Assembly: GCA_025360005.1 (NCBI GenBank)
Contig: JANYDA010000032.1
Span: forward strand, 148,624 to 212,623
Direction: 5' to 3'
From: Fibrobacteria bacterium
Lineage (GTDB): Bacteria > Fibrobacterota > Fibrobacteria > UBA11236
Length of the DNA stretch: 64,000 nt
Below are positions 28,708 through 38,115 of this stretch, piece after piece. Below the pieces are notes generated by a model, which saw only the letters and a program-made list of their open reading frames with translations, had not been told where the DNA came from and searched no databases. A program made the position numbers and the translations under genes. Numbering within the stretch: the first letter of the stretch is position 1; each line of letters starts with the position of its first letter.

Positions 28708-29885
28708 TTTCCATTTTCCCGGCCCGGATCGTTGCCGGGTTCATCGGCTTATCCGGATCGGCATTCGCTTTCAAGGCAGGGCCGGCGGCCGCTTTATCAA
28801 AGCGATTGATTGCCGTGGCCGGAACGGCGTTCGCCAGCCTGATGGGGTTTCCCGTCCTGGCCGGCGCGGACGGACCTGGCCCAAAGCCCATCGATCTGCA
28901 CGGCAAATACCTGGATTGCCATGCGCATACCGCCGGCATCGGCGCCAAAGGCAGCGGCTGTTTCATCTCTCCCAAATTGCGCTCCAGCTATAAGTTCCCA
29001 ATCTACCTCAAGGCATTCGGCGTAGACGAAAAGGAATTGGCGCAAAAGGGCGACAGCCTTTTGCCCAACCGGATCTCCGCCCGCCTGGCGGAATCGAAAA
29101 CGGTAGGCGCGGCCGTGCTATTGGCCTTGGACGGAGTGGTGGATTCCGCCGGCGATATGGATACCGCGCGCACGCAAATCTATCTGCCGGACGCCTTCAT
29201 CGCGGCCGAAACGCGCAAGCATGGCAACCTGCTGTTCGGCGCCAGCGTGAATCCAAGGCGCAAGGATGCCCTGGAAAGGTTGCGGCGCGATAAGGCGGAC
29301 GGCGCCGTGCTGGTGAAATGGATCCCGTCCATCATGGATATCGATCCCGCCGACAGCGCCAACATCCCTTTCTACCTGGCCATGAAGGAATCGGGCCTGC
29401 CGCTGTTGACGCATACGGGCACGGAGAACTCCTTCCTGGGCGCCAGGGACAGCCTCTGCGATCCGTTCCGGTTGGAATTGCCCCTTAACCTGGGAGTTAC
29501 CGTCATCGCCGCGCACGTGGGAACGCCGGGGAAAAGCCATGGCCAGGAAAACATGGAAAGGGCCCTGATCATGACGGCCAAGCATGCCAACCTGTACGCG
29601 GATATCTCGTCGCTTACCCAGATCAACAAGTTCGGCTACCTGCAAAAGATCCTGCCCCGCAAGGAAGTCCGGGGCCGGCTCCTCTATGGGACCGATTTCC
29701 CGCTGATCGAAACGGCCCTGGTATCGCCGTTCTATTATACCTGGCGCGCCCCCTTTAGCAAGTTGCGCGCGGCCGCGCGGGAAAGCAATCCCTGGGATCG
29801 CGATGTGGCTTTGAAGAAGGCGTTGGGGGTCCCGGAGGATGTCTTCACACGTTCGGCGCTTTTGCTCTTGCCGCCGCCGAAATAG
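28704..29885 (+). CDS. membrane-anchored metal-dependent amidohydrolase (TIM-barrel)
   Basis: Four-nt overlap with the upstream gene. N-terminal hydrophobic anchor. 'DCHAHT' HxH metal motif. About 393 aa. Confidence 0.65.
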   Translation: MISIFPARIVAGFIGLSGSAFAFKAGPAAALSKRLIAVAGTAFASLMGFPVLAGADGPGPKPIDLHGKYLDCHAHTAGIGAKGSGCFISPKLRSSYKFPIYLKAFGVDEKELAQKGDSLLPNRISARLAESKTVGAAVLLALDGVVDSAGDMDTARTQIYLPDAFIAAETRKHGNLLFGASVNPRRKDALERLRRDKADGAVLVKWIPSIMDIDPADSANIPFYLAMKESGLPLLTHTGTENSFLGARDSLCDPFRLELPLNLGVTVIAAHVGTPGKSHGQENMERALIMTAKHANLYADISSLTQINKFGYLQKILPRKEVRGRLLYGTDFPLIETALVSPFYYTWRAPFSKLRAAARESNPWDRDVALKKALGVPEDVFTRSALLLLPPPK

Positions 29886-29925
29886 GCTGAGGCCGTCAGT
29901 CCGGCTTCCCCCCGCTCCGCGTCCT

Positions 29926-30516
29926 CTAATTGGAAACCTTGCGCTCGATCCAGTTCTCGTTGGCGGCCCTGTCCGGATCCCGGCCATACAGGCCCACCAG
30001 TTCGCCGCGATCGATGATATGCCCCTTGATGGCGCCGTCCAATTGCGCCTTGGTCGCCCGCGAAGCCAGCTCCAGCTTGATGTCCAGGGCATAGATGCGG
30101 AACAGGTAGCGATGCACGCCCCAACGCGGACAAGGGCCCTCCCAGGCGGGCAATTCATAATCGGTATCGCCTTCCACGGATCCGTCGGGAACGCTGTTCT
30201 CGCTGATCACGCGGGTGCCCGCGTCCATGTTCCAAACCGTCCAATGCACCCAATCGCCCACCAGCGCGTCCGGGTCTTCCATGATCAGGACCAGGCTGAG
30301 CGCCTTTTGCGTGACGCCTTTGATATGCAGGGGAGGACTGACGTTCTCGCCGTCGCAGGTGTATTTGTCGGGGATGTACCCGTTCTCCAGGAAAGCGGGG
30401 CTATATATCTGGAGTCCCCAGGATTTGCCGAAGATGGGTTCATGCGAACGGTCTCCGTACGTCCAGGCGACGGGAGCCGCTCCCAACAGGCAAACGAAAA
30501 AGGCGGACGTCTTCAT
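29926..30516 (-). CDS. YbhB/YbcL family Raf-kinase-inhibitor-like (PEBP) protein, secreted
   Basis: Signal peptide. 'CDGENVSPPL...GVHRYLFRIYALD' are PEBP family motifs. Confidence 0.85.
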   Translation of the reverse strand: MKTSAFFVCLLGAAPVAWTYGDRSHEPIFGKSWGLQIYSPAFLENGYIPDKYTCDGENVSPPLHIKGVTQKALSLVLIMEDPDALVGDWVHWTVWNMDAGTRVISENSVPDGSVEGDTDYELPAWEGPCPRWGVHRYLFRIYALDIKLELASRATKAQLDGAIKGHIIDRGELVGLYGRDPDRAANENWIERKVSN

Positions 30517-30753
30517 GCCCCCTCCGGGTATTTGTTTCCCCAGCGCTTATTATGAGAATAACGCCTTTCCGGGAACGGCAGCAAGGATTGCGGAAGGAAT
30601 TTTGGGGAAGCGGCGGAACTTGGGCGCCCATTAAAGGGGCCGGATAAAGCGTCCTCGCGTTTCAAACGGAATTTGCCGCCGCCTTGCGGCCCTACCCCCT
30701 GGAGGTCCCGTGGTTAGGGGCTTTCAGGGGGTGGGGGCGCATTCATGGAGTTA

Positions 30754-32325
30754 TCACCAAGTGTAGCGGATGGTATAGGCCACCGTTTTTTCCTTGTCGG
30801 GAGCCAGCTTAACGGGAAAGCGGATGGTGGATTGATCCACTTTTTCAAAGGGAACGCCGGTTTTCACTATCTCCCATTGGCTCCAGCGCCAGGGATGCTC
30901 CATCACCATTACGTCCACGGTTTCCTTCTTATGATTGCGCACCTTGATCTCGAAGGACTCCTCCACCGCATGCCCGGAGGCGAGGGTGCGGAAATCCGTC
31001 TGCGCGCGTTGCCCTACCACATCGAAAGCGTTGCCCAGGTAAAGCCGCACTTCTTCGTCTTTGGGGGTATGGTCAAGCTGGTCCTCGCCCACGAATTGCT
31101 CGCGGCCGTCATCATCCTGCTTATATACGCGCACCTTGCCCTTGGGAAGCGGCATCCCCAGGCCGGACTTCTCATCGTTGCGGAAGGTCATGTATACGCC
31201 CACCTTGGCGTTTGATTGTTCCCCCATGCTTTGCTGGCTGCGGTAATTGGCGTTGTTGATCCAATAGCGCCAGCTTTGATCCATGCCATCGTAGATCAGA
31301 AGCTTACGCGCGGCCGCGTTCACGGCGGACACCAATTCTATCTGCTTGCTCTCGTTATTGCCCACGTCCGTGCGGCGCTGCAGGCTGTAGATCTTGTATT
31401 CGAATAATTCCTTCTGCTGGAATTGCGGCGCGGGAGCGGCTGCCAGCTTCATCGCCCCTCGCGCCTGGAAACCGTCCGCGTATTCCGGCTCGCGCACGAT
31501 GTTCACGTCTCCGGCCACCAGCTTGAGGCCCGCGTTCTTGAAGGCGGTCCCGGAATTGTTCACCAAGGTGACCCAACCCGTAAGGTCCAGCTTGTCGTCC
31601 GTCTTGTTCAGCAAGGCCACGTAGTCGCAGCTCCAGGAAATGCTGTTGGCCAGGTAACTGATCTCGGCGCGTTGTTCGCCTTCCTTGGCGGAGATGAGCA
31701 GCCATTCCAATTGCGGCTTCAGGATCAGGCCTTCCGGCAGGCTCGGCAGCACCAGTCTGCCCGCGGGATTCAATTCGATCTTGCCGCCGATTTCCGCCAC
31801 CAAGCCGGGATTGTTCGCGCCTCCCCCGCCGTATTGCTCCGGGTTCCCGCCCACCGCCAGGATGCGGCCGGCAACGGAATACTCTTTCTTCCTATCGGGA
31901 TCCGGACGAAGGAATTCCACCTCCTTGCCCAGGTATTTTTCCAAGAGCTTGGCCTGGTTCACCAAATCGTATTGGTAATTCTGTTCCAGCACGCGGAGAC
32001 CGGCGGGATCGCCGAGTCCGGCGAAATGCAGGGAAGTGGGATCGAGGGTGGCCGGGATGTCCGGAACTTGCACGCGGTTGGCGCCTTTCCCCAGGGAAAG
32101 GGTCCGTTCTTCCCGCACCAGGGAAAGACCGGCATTGTAAACGGTAATGTCCACCGTTTTCCTTTCGCTGGCCTGGCGAGCGGGCAATCCGGCCCTGGAC
32201 GCGGGGCCGTCTTCCTTAGCCGCCGCAGACGCGGTAACGATAGCCAGCAGCATGGTCGCCGCGGTCCGCTTGGACAACAAGGATGGGAACAAGCCAAGCC
32301 GGGATTTTGCCGGGAAGGAATTCAT
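30754..32325 (-). CDS. DUF4139 (mucoidy-inhibitor MuiA-like) domain protein, secreted
   Basis: Signal peptide, ~520 aa, N-terminal DUF4140-like and C-terminal DUF4139-like pattern (…VRVYKQDDDGREQFVGEDQLDHTPKDEEVRL…). Assigned from memory. Confidence 0.65.
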   Translation of the reverse strand: MNSFPAKSRLGLFPSLLSKRTAATMLLAIVTASAAAKEDGPASRAGLPARQASERKTVDITVYNAGLSLVREERTLSLGKGANRVQVPDIPATLDPTSLHFAGLGDPAGLRVLEQNYQYDLVNQAKLLEKYLGKEVEFLRPDPDRKKEYSVAGRILAVGGNPEQYGGGGANNPGLVAEIGGKIELNPAGRLVLPSLPEGLILKPQLEWLLISAKEGEQRAEISYLANSISWSCDYVALLNKTDDKLDLTGWVTLVNNSGTAFKNAGLKLVAGDVNIVREPEYADGFQARGAMKLAAAPAPQFQQKELFEYKIYSLQRRTDVGNNESKQIELVSAVNAAARKLLIYDGMDQSWRYWINNANYRSQQSMGEQSNAKVGVYMTFRNDEKSGLGMPLPKGKVRVYKQDDDGREQFVGEDQLDHTPKDEEVRLYLGNAFDVVGQRAQTDFRTLASGHAVEESFEIKVRNHKKETVDVMVMEHPWRWSQWEIVKTGVPFEKVDQSTIRFPVKLAPDKEKTVAYTIRYTW

Positions 32326-32408
32326 CGCCTACCGCCTTTATGAATAGAAGTAATCGAATGGAAGCGATCGCATCGGATTGATCGCCTGGAATAAATTGCC
32401 GTGCCGCC

Positions 32409-33851
32409 TCAACTCTGCACCGCCGCAGCGGCAGGGACGCTATGGAAAGCCAGCACGGGCATTTGCCTTTCCACGTCCATGGGCAGGATGTCCGGATTCT
32501 CCCCGTAGCCGCAACTCACGCGGACGCTGCCGCGCGGCGCCCTGCCCAGGAAGAGCTTCACGGAATCGCGGTGGAAATAAAGCAGCTTGTCGATGGGGAT
32601 TACTCCATCGTCATCTTCCGCGCGGAAAGGGCCGGCCTTAGGATCCTGGGATTCCAACCGGCTCATCACCGGCGCGAAGCGGAGGCGCACCACCTGCCCG
32701 CCTTCCAAGGCGGAGTCGATCAGATCGGGCGCCCGCCACTCCACGGCAGGCTGAGCGCCCGCGGTCGAGCGCGCAAGAGGCGGGAAAGCGCCCAAGGCGC
32801 AACGGGCCAAGCGCGCGCCCAGGATCAGGTTGCCGCCGGTGCCGATGTGGATGGTGTCGTCCAAGGGCAGATCCAGGGCGGGCGTGACGGTGATGCGGGC
32901 ATCCCGCAAAGCCGCCTGGCGTTGGGCCTCCCGCACCTGGGACCATTCCCTATCCTCTCCGCCCGGATTTTCCGAACGGTAACGCGCGAGTTGCACCGTG
33001 AGCACCGGCAGGTCCGGCAACGCCAGCTTTCCGCGCCAGCCCGATGCGTACGACAGGAAGCGTTCCAGATAATCGGCGGCCTTGCCCGGTTCCGTATCGG
33101 ACTCGCCTTGATACCAAAGCATGCCCTTTATCCGGCCGCCCGCCTTCTCCACCATGGCCTTGGCGTTGGCGAAAAGGATTCCCTCCTCGGGATGCCAGGT
33201 TTGCAAAGGGGATCCGCCCAAGGCGGCGGGCAACAAGCCTATGGGATGGCCGAGCTCGCGTTTCAAAGCCCGGGCGAAGTGCAGGAAAGGCGAGTGCCCG
33301 GTGTTGTAGGTCTCGCGCGAAGCCGGAAAAGCGGTGGCAGTGGCGTCGCTCAGCGGGTGGGCCGCCAGCGACCAGGATCCATTATGCCGCAACATGTGCA
33401 GCCCCAGCTCCGGACCGTCATCGTAGGCGCCGCGGCCGTAGCCGCCGGCATTGCTCTGTCCCGCGATGAGCCATAGATCCCCCACTCCCAGGAAATGCCG
33501 CATGTCCCCCCGCAGGGACCATTCGCCCAACTTATTGCCCTTGGGATTGAAGCGCGTTTCCAAACGGTAGGGTCCGCCTGCGGGCACGGGATAAAGCTCC
33601 CCGTTCCAACGCCCATCCGCGCTGGTCTCGGCGGCCGTCCAATTAAGGTCCCCGCTTACGGGCGCGCCGGTGGCTTCCCACACCAAACGCATTTCCACGC
33701 TGCCGCCGGAAGCGCCCAGCAATCCCATGGATTCCTTCGCGGCCCAGCTTCCGGAGAGGCGCATGCGCGCGTGGCCCGCCGCGTCCTGCTGCAGCACTTG
33801 CCAATCGTCCGGCCCGCTTTCGATGGATGCGCCCCAGGGTTTGTCGGCCAT
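32409..33851 (-). CDS. sialate O-acetylesterase-like carbohydrate esterase (SASA/DUF303)
   Basis: 'LWLIAGQSNAGG' (GQSN catalytic motif) and 'MLWYQGESD'. Confidence 0.75.
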   Translation of the reverse strand: MADKPWGASIESGPDDWQVLQQDAAGHARMRLSGSWAAKESMGLLGASGGSVEMRLVWEATGAPVSGDLNWTAAETSADGRWNGELYPVPAGGPYRLETRFNPKGNKLGEWSLRGDMRHFLGVGDLWLIAGQSNAGGYGRGAYDDGPELGLHMLRHNGSWSLAAHPLSDATATAFPASRETYNTGHSPFLHFARALKRELGHPIGLLPAALGGSPLQTWHPEEGILFANAKAMVEKAGGRIKGMLWYQGESDTEPGKAADYLERFLSYASGWRGKLALPDLPVLTVQLARYRSENPGGEDREWSQVREAQRQAALRDARITVTPALDLPLDDTIHIGTGGNLILGARLARCALGAFPPLARSTAGAQPAVEWRAPDLIDSALEGGQVVRLRFAPVMSRLESQDPKAGPFRAEDDDGVIPIDKLLYFHRDSVKLFLGRAPRGSVRVSCGYGENPDILPMDVERQMPVLAFHSVPAAAAVQS

Positions 33852-33900
33852 GCCCGAAATCTAGGAAGTTCGGCCCCGCCTATCTATTTTGGTACCCGGC

Positions 33901-34170
33901 ATGTTACTCCACTACGATATCCGCGTTTCCGGCAAGGTCCATGGCGTCTTCTTCCGCGCCTCCGCGCGCAGCCAGGCCGATCGCCTGGGCCTGCAAGGCT
34001 TCGCCCGCAACGAGGAGGACGGCACCGTATATATCGAAGTGGAAGGCCCGCGGGAGAATCTGGATGAATTCCTGACCTGGTGCCGGCAGGGCCCGCCGCA
34101 TGCGCGAGTGGATTCGGTCAAGGCTACCACCGGGGAAGCGCAAGCCTTCCGCGGATTCCACGTGCGCTGA
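33901..34170 (+). CDS. acyP: acylphosphatase
   Basis: 'RVSGKVHGVFFR' and 'GFARNEEDGTV' acylphosphatase signatures. About 90 aa. Confidence 0.85.
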   Translation: MLLHYDIRVSGKVHGVFFRASARSQADRLGLQGFARNEEDGTVYIEVEGPRENLDEFLTWCRQGPPHARVDSVKATTGEAQAFRGFHVR

Positions 34171-34195
34171 ATCGCGAGCCGCGATCGCCTCAACC

Positions 34196-35218
34196 CTATT
34201 CCGACGCCTTCCGCGCCCCTCTTCTCAACAAGGCGGCCAGCAAGCCTTTACTGGAGGTGATCTCGTATCCCAACAGCATCAACAAGGCGATGGCGAAGGG
34301 CACCACGTAATAGGCCAGCCGATAGGCCAGTAAAGCCCCCAGTACCGGATAGGCCGGGATGGCGGGCGTGAGAACCGCCACGGAGGCCCCTTCGAAGATC
34401 CCCAGGCTTCCCGGCACGGGGATGAACATCACCACGAACTTGATGGCCATGTAGGTTCCCAGGAAAGCGAAGAGGTTCTCGAAGCCGGCCGCCTTCAGCG
34501 CATCGGCCGGGAGCGCGAAATACAACGTCCCCGCCGCGAACGCGAAATGGATGCAGGCCGCGGCGATTTGCAGAATGAACAGCAACTGCGCGGGACGCGC
34601 CAGCTTGAGCTTGCCCAAGGACAGCACTTCCCCGCGCGCGAACCCGTTCCAGATCAACAACAGGACGGTGGGCAGCACCAGCATCCAACCGAGCGTTTGC
34701 TGCGGGAAAGGAAGCTTGATGCCGGCCGGCAATTGCACGGGCGCGATGATTTGCGCCGCCCCGGCGAACAGGAACAGGCCGTTGGCGAAGGCCAATTTGG
34801 AGAGCGCGATGAACTGGGTCACTTGCAACGGGGAATATCCCCACGCCAGGTAGAAGCGGTAGCGCAGGGACGTGCCCGTGATCAGGGAGAAGCCGATATT
34901 GTTGGTGAAGGCGTTGGCGATGCATCCGGCCCAGGCCGCGCGCGCCGGCCCGATGCGGATGCGCACGGATTCGGCCGCCAGGTAATCGTAGCCGGTCTGG
35001 GCAAGGTAGCTCAACGCCGTGAAAAGCAGCGCCAGGGCGATACGGTGGCCGGGGATGAGGCCCACGCGCTGGACCACTTCGCGCATGTCGTAGGCGCGTA
35101 GGGTCCTCCCGAACATCCACAAGGCCAATGCCAACAAAGACAAACCAAGGAAGACGCCCGCCCAGGACACCAATTTGTTACGGAGGCCGTTGGGCTTGTC
35201 CTGGGAATTTACCGGCAT
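34196..35218 (-). CDS. lysylphosphatidylglycerol synthase TM-region (UPF0104, flippase-like) family membrane protein
   Basis: About 8 TM helices, 340 aa. Pattern typical of MprF-N-terminal-like UPF0104 proteins. Confidence 0.7.
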   Translation of the reverse strand: MPVNSQDKPNGLRNKLVSWAGVFLGLSLLALALWMFGRTLRAYDMREVVQRVGLIPGHRIALALLFTALSYLAQTGYDYLAAESVRIRIGPARAAWAGCIANAFTNNIGFSLITGTSLRYRFYLAWGYSPLQVTQFIALSKLAFANGLFLFAGAAQIIAPVQLPAGIKLPFPQQTLGWMLVLPTVLLLIWNGFARGEVLSLGKLKLARPAQLLFILQIAAACIHFAFAAGTLYFALPADALKAAGFENLFAFLGTYMAIKFVVMFIPVPGSLGIFEGASVAVLTPAIPAYPVLGALLAYRLAYYVVPFAIALLMLLGYEITSSKGLLAALLRRGARKASE

Positions 35219-35241
35219 GGAATCCTAAGTGAGGCTGGAGG

Positions 35242-35697
35242 TCAGCGTTTTACGAACTTGACCCACTCATCGGAGGATTGGTCGTCTTGATCGAGCAATT
35301 CGAAAGAAGTCATGGTCACCCCGCGGATTAGGCGCCGGGTACGTTTTTCCACCTTATCGGATCGCCAATCCTCCGTGTTGCAATCGGGACGCTGGCGGAT
35401 TTCCGTCAAATGGAATTCCATGGACTCGTTATCGCAGATCCAGTCCCCCTTGTACTCCGTCATGAAGCAGCTTCCCTGGAATTTCTTCTTGGAGTAGGTG
35501 CCCGTCTGGTTCAGGCTCAGCTTCACGGAAAGCCCCGAGTCCAGGGCGGTAGCGGTATAGACGCCATAGGCCAGCACATTGTCGGGCGTCCCCGCCACGC
35601 GCACGGATTTCCTGGCGCAGCCTGAGGCCAGCGACATTAACAGCACCAGCGACACTAGCAACAGGCCGGTAAAGACGGCGTGGATCCGGTATTTCAT
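35242..35697 (-). CDS. lipoprotein, hypothetical
   Basis: Start at the internal Met (MKYRIHAVFTGLLLVSLVLLMSLASGC; complement ATG 35695-35697). Lipobox LASGC. Confidence 0.6.
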   Translation of the reverse strand: MKYRIHAVFTGLLLVSLVLLMSLASGCARKSVRVAGTPDNVLAYGVYTATALDSGLSVKLSLNQTGTYSKKKFQGSCFMTEYKGDWICDNESMEFHLTEIRQRPDCNTEDWRSDKVEKRTRRLIRGVTMTSFELLDQDDQSSDEWVKFVKR

Positions 35698-35776
35698 AGC
35701 GTACCTCAACCGTTGGGCTCCGTTAAGGTAGCAATTCCCCCTGGCAAATCCGCGGGTTGCCCAAGGCGGGGCGGCT

Positions 35777-36145
35777 TCAGCGCCTGTTCCTCTGTTGGCG
35801 ATGTTCGCGCATCCACATCTTGATGACCGCACCGATCGCGCTGTAATCAGGGACGTCCGGATTGATTTCCGTAGCCAGTAACCTGGCCGCGTCCTTGGCG
35901 CCGGCTACGAATCCGCGGGCCGCATCATGCTGCGGCGCCAATGCTTCCATCATGCTCATGCCCAAGGTGCGGACTTGCGGATTGGGGGATTCCCAGAATC
36001 CCAGCGCCATCTTGTAGGTCACGGCCGGCGTTTGCACGGAGGCAAGGATTTCCCCGGCTTCGCGGATATGCTCTAAAGGATACTTCCCGCTTTCCAGCCG
36101 GCGTACCAGTTCCGCGATTTCCTGTTGGGCGGGTTCTTCGGTCAT
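35777..36145 (-). CDS. hypothetical protein
   Basis: 122-aa ORF with plausible codon usage. No recognised motif. Confidence 0.45.
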   Translation of the reverse strand: MTEEPAQQEIAELVRRLESGKYPLEHIREAGEILASVQTPAVTYKMALGFWESPNPQVRTLGMSMMEALAPQHDAARGFVAGAKDAARLLATEINPDVPDYSAIGAVIKMWMREHRQQRNRR

Positions 36146-36235
36146 ACGCTTCCATTCTAAGGGGTGGAAGGCGAAGGGGCAACATGCGATCGCGCGGATC
36201 GGGCGCGCGGACGCGTCAAGAGGGAGGCCGGGGCG

Positions 36236-36757
36236 TCAACCCCAACTGACTATGTTCTGGTCCACCAAGTAGCCGCATTTTTCGCATTGCGGGTTGTGCA
36301 GGGAAATGGAGCTGTTCTCGCAATGCGGGCACACATTGGTATCCAAAAGCAGCTTGATCTCCTTGCCCATGCGGTATCCGCATTCGCGGCATTCCCGGAT
36401 GCGGGACTTGAAGCTCCAGCGGGACCAGCAATTGGGGCAATGATCATGCGGCACCTTCATCAGTTCGCCGTCCACGATGTACTTGGCGGGAGACGATTCG
36501 GAAGTGGAAAGATAGGGCCGATCCCCGTCCATGCAGGTGATGCCTCCATCGGTGGTTTTCAAGGACTTGTCGCGGTTCTCATCGAACACTTCCACGGAAA
36601 AATTGACGGTGATGGAATAGCCCTTGGGAAGCGCGGCGGAGATCTCCTTCAGTTTGTCCTCGACCTTGGCCAGCGCCTGTTCGCGGTAAAGCCGCTTCAG
36701 CTCGGTGAAAAGCGTGTCGGCCAGGTCATGGGTAAGGTCGTAAGTCTGAACATCCAT
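36236..36757 (-). CDS. double zinc-ribbon hypothetical protein
   Basis: Four CxxC pairs in the C-terminal 70 aa (HCPNC, CRECG, CPHCE, CEKCG). Confidence 0.6.
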   Translation of the reverse strand: MDVQTYDLTHDLADTLFTELKRLYREQALAKVEDKLKEISAALPKGYSITVNFSVEVFDENRDKSLKTTDGGITCMDGDRPYLSTSESSPAKYIVDGELMKVPHDHCPNCWSRWSFKSRIRECRECGYRMGKEIKLLLDTNVCPHCENSSISLHNPQCEKCGYLVDQNIVSWG

Positions 36758-36976
36758 CTTATACCCCAGTCGGAGAAGTAATACCGATACGGAGAAAAAT
36801 ACTCATCAGCCTTCCTTGAAATTAGGTTAAAAATGATGGCATGGAAGGGACTACGCCTTGCCCCGATGTCGCGAATATCGTCAAAACCGGAAAGGACGGA
36901 AAGGAAGAGCTTAAACCTTTTGCGAATCTTGGTTCTTGAGCGGGAACGGAAAACCCAAAATCATGAAACCATGCTA

Positions 36977-38098
36977 TCAGTAACGGAAGTCCACGATCAC
37001 GATCTGGGAATCCGTCCCGACCCGTAATGGCGGGCCCCAGAACCCCGTGCCGGTATTCACGATAAGATCGGTTTCCCTTCCCAACGCGTATTTTCCCGCC
37101 AGGTATTTGAAAGACAGGCGCACCAATGCGCGGAAGGGGAACACCTGGCCGGCATGCGTATGCCCGCTGAAGATTAAATCCACGCGGCGCGCCTGCGCAG
37201 GCTCCAGATTCTTGGGCTGGTGGGCCAGCAAAAATGCAGGCATATCGTGATCAATATCACGCAAGGATTTTTCCAGATCGGAGGTGACGCCCAAGCGGGC
37301 GAAACGGCGGGCGGAAGGGTCGTGGATGCCGGCGATTTGCAAACCGGAAGCCGTGGAGCGGATTTCATTGGCCAGCACGGGAATGCCCGCAGCCGTCATC
37401 AGGGCCAGGAAGCGGGGCAGACCGGCGTAGAATTCATGGTTGCCGCTCACGGCGAAGGCGCCTTGCTTGGGCGTCAACTTGGCCAGGATGGCGGCCGCTT
37501 CCCCATCGGACGGGAATTCCGGGTCGATAAGATCGCCCGTGATGAAAACCAGATCCGGCTCCAAAGCGTTTATGCGCGCGACCAGGGAGGCCAGGAAATC
37601 CGTCCCCAAGGTCAGCCCCAGGTGCACGTCGGAAATCTGGACGATGCGGGCGGTGAGGTTTTTCCCGTACCGTTCCGACCGGTCGATAGCGTAACGGACT
37701 TCCCTGGGAGCGCGCAGGGCGTTGAACAGGCCCCATGCTATCATGACCGTCACCGCCAAGGCCGTGGCCAGGATCCACCGTGCGGGATCGTCCGCGGAAG
37801 GCAGCCCCGCCAAACCGGCCAGATGGCGGAGACCGGAAGCGATCAGGAACCAGAAGCTGAAGAGGAAGACCGTTCCCATCCAGAAGGCGGCTATCCAATA
37901 GAGAACGCGCGTAACGGGATTGCGCCATCTCAGCGTGAACAGCCTCAGGAAGGGAAAGCTTAGGGACAAGGCCCACAGCGCGGGGACCAATATCGCCTTG
38001 CTGAAGCCGAGGGCGGAAAGATTGTGGTAAACGTACCAGTGCATGAGCGACCAGGCGCTCAGAACGGAGAGGATGAAAAACGGAATCGCGAGCCTCAT
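36977..38098 (-). CDS. membrane-bound metallophosphoesterase
   Basis: Start at the internal Met MRLAIPFFIL (complement ATG 38096-38098). Multi-TM N-terminal domain, then 'ISDVHLG', 'ITGDLID', 'GNHE', 'GHTHAG' calcineurin-like motifs. Confidence 0.8.
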   Translation of the reverse strand: MRLAIPFFILSVLSAWSLMHWYVYHNLSALGFSKAILVPALWALSLSFPFLRLFTLRWRNPVTRVLYWIAAFWMGTVFLFSFWFLIASGLRHLAGLAGLPSADDPARWILATALAVTVMIAWGLFNALRAPREVRYAIDRSERYGKNLTARIVQISDVHLGLTLGTDFLASLVARINALEPDLVFITGDLIDPEFPSDGEAAAILAKLTPKQGAFAVSGNHEFYAGLPRFLALMTAAGIPVLANEIRSTASGLQIAGIHDPSARRFARLGVTSDLEKSLRDIDHDMPAFLLAHQPKNLEPAQARRVDLIFSGHTHAGQVFPFRALVRLSFKYLAGKYALGRETDLIVNTGTGFWGPPLRVGTDSQIVIVDFRY

Positions 38099-38115
38099 CC
38101 CAGCTTCTTCCCGGT

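Noticed and set aside
36833-37027. 64-aa ORF and possible sRNA in the AT-rich gap upstream of the zinc-ribbon gene
   Set aside because: The ORF has no start context or homology. No recognisable RNA family motif (SRP, 6S, tmRNA) was found by eye.
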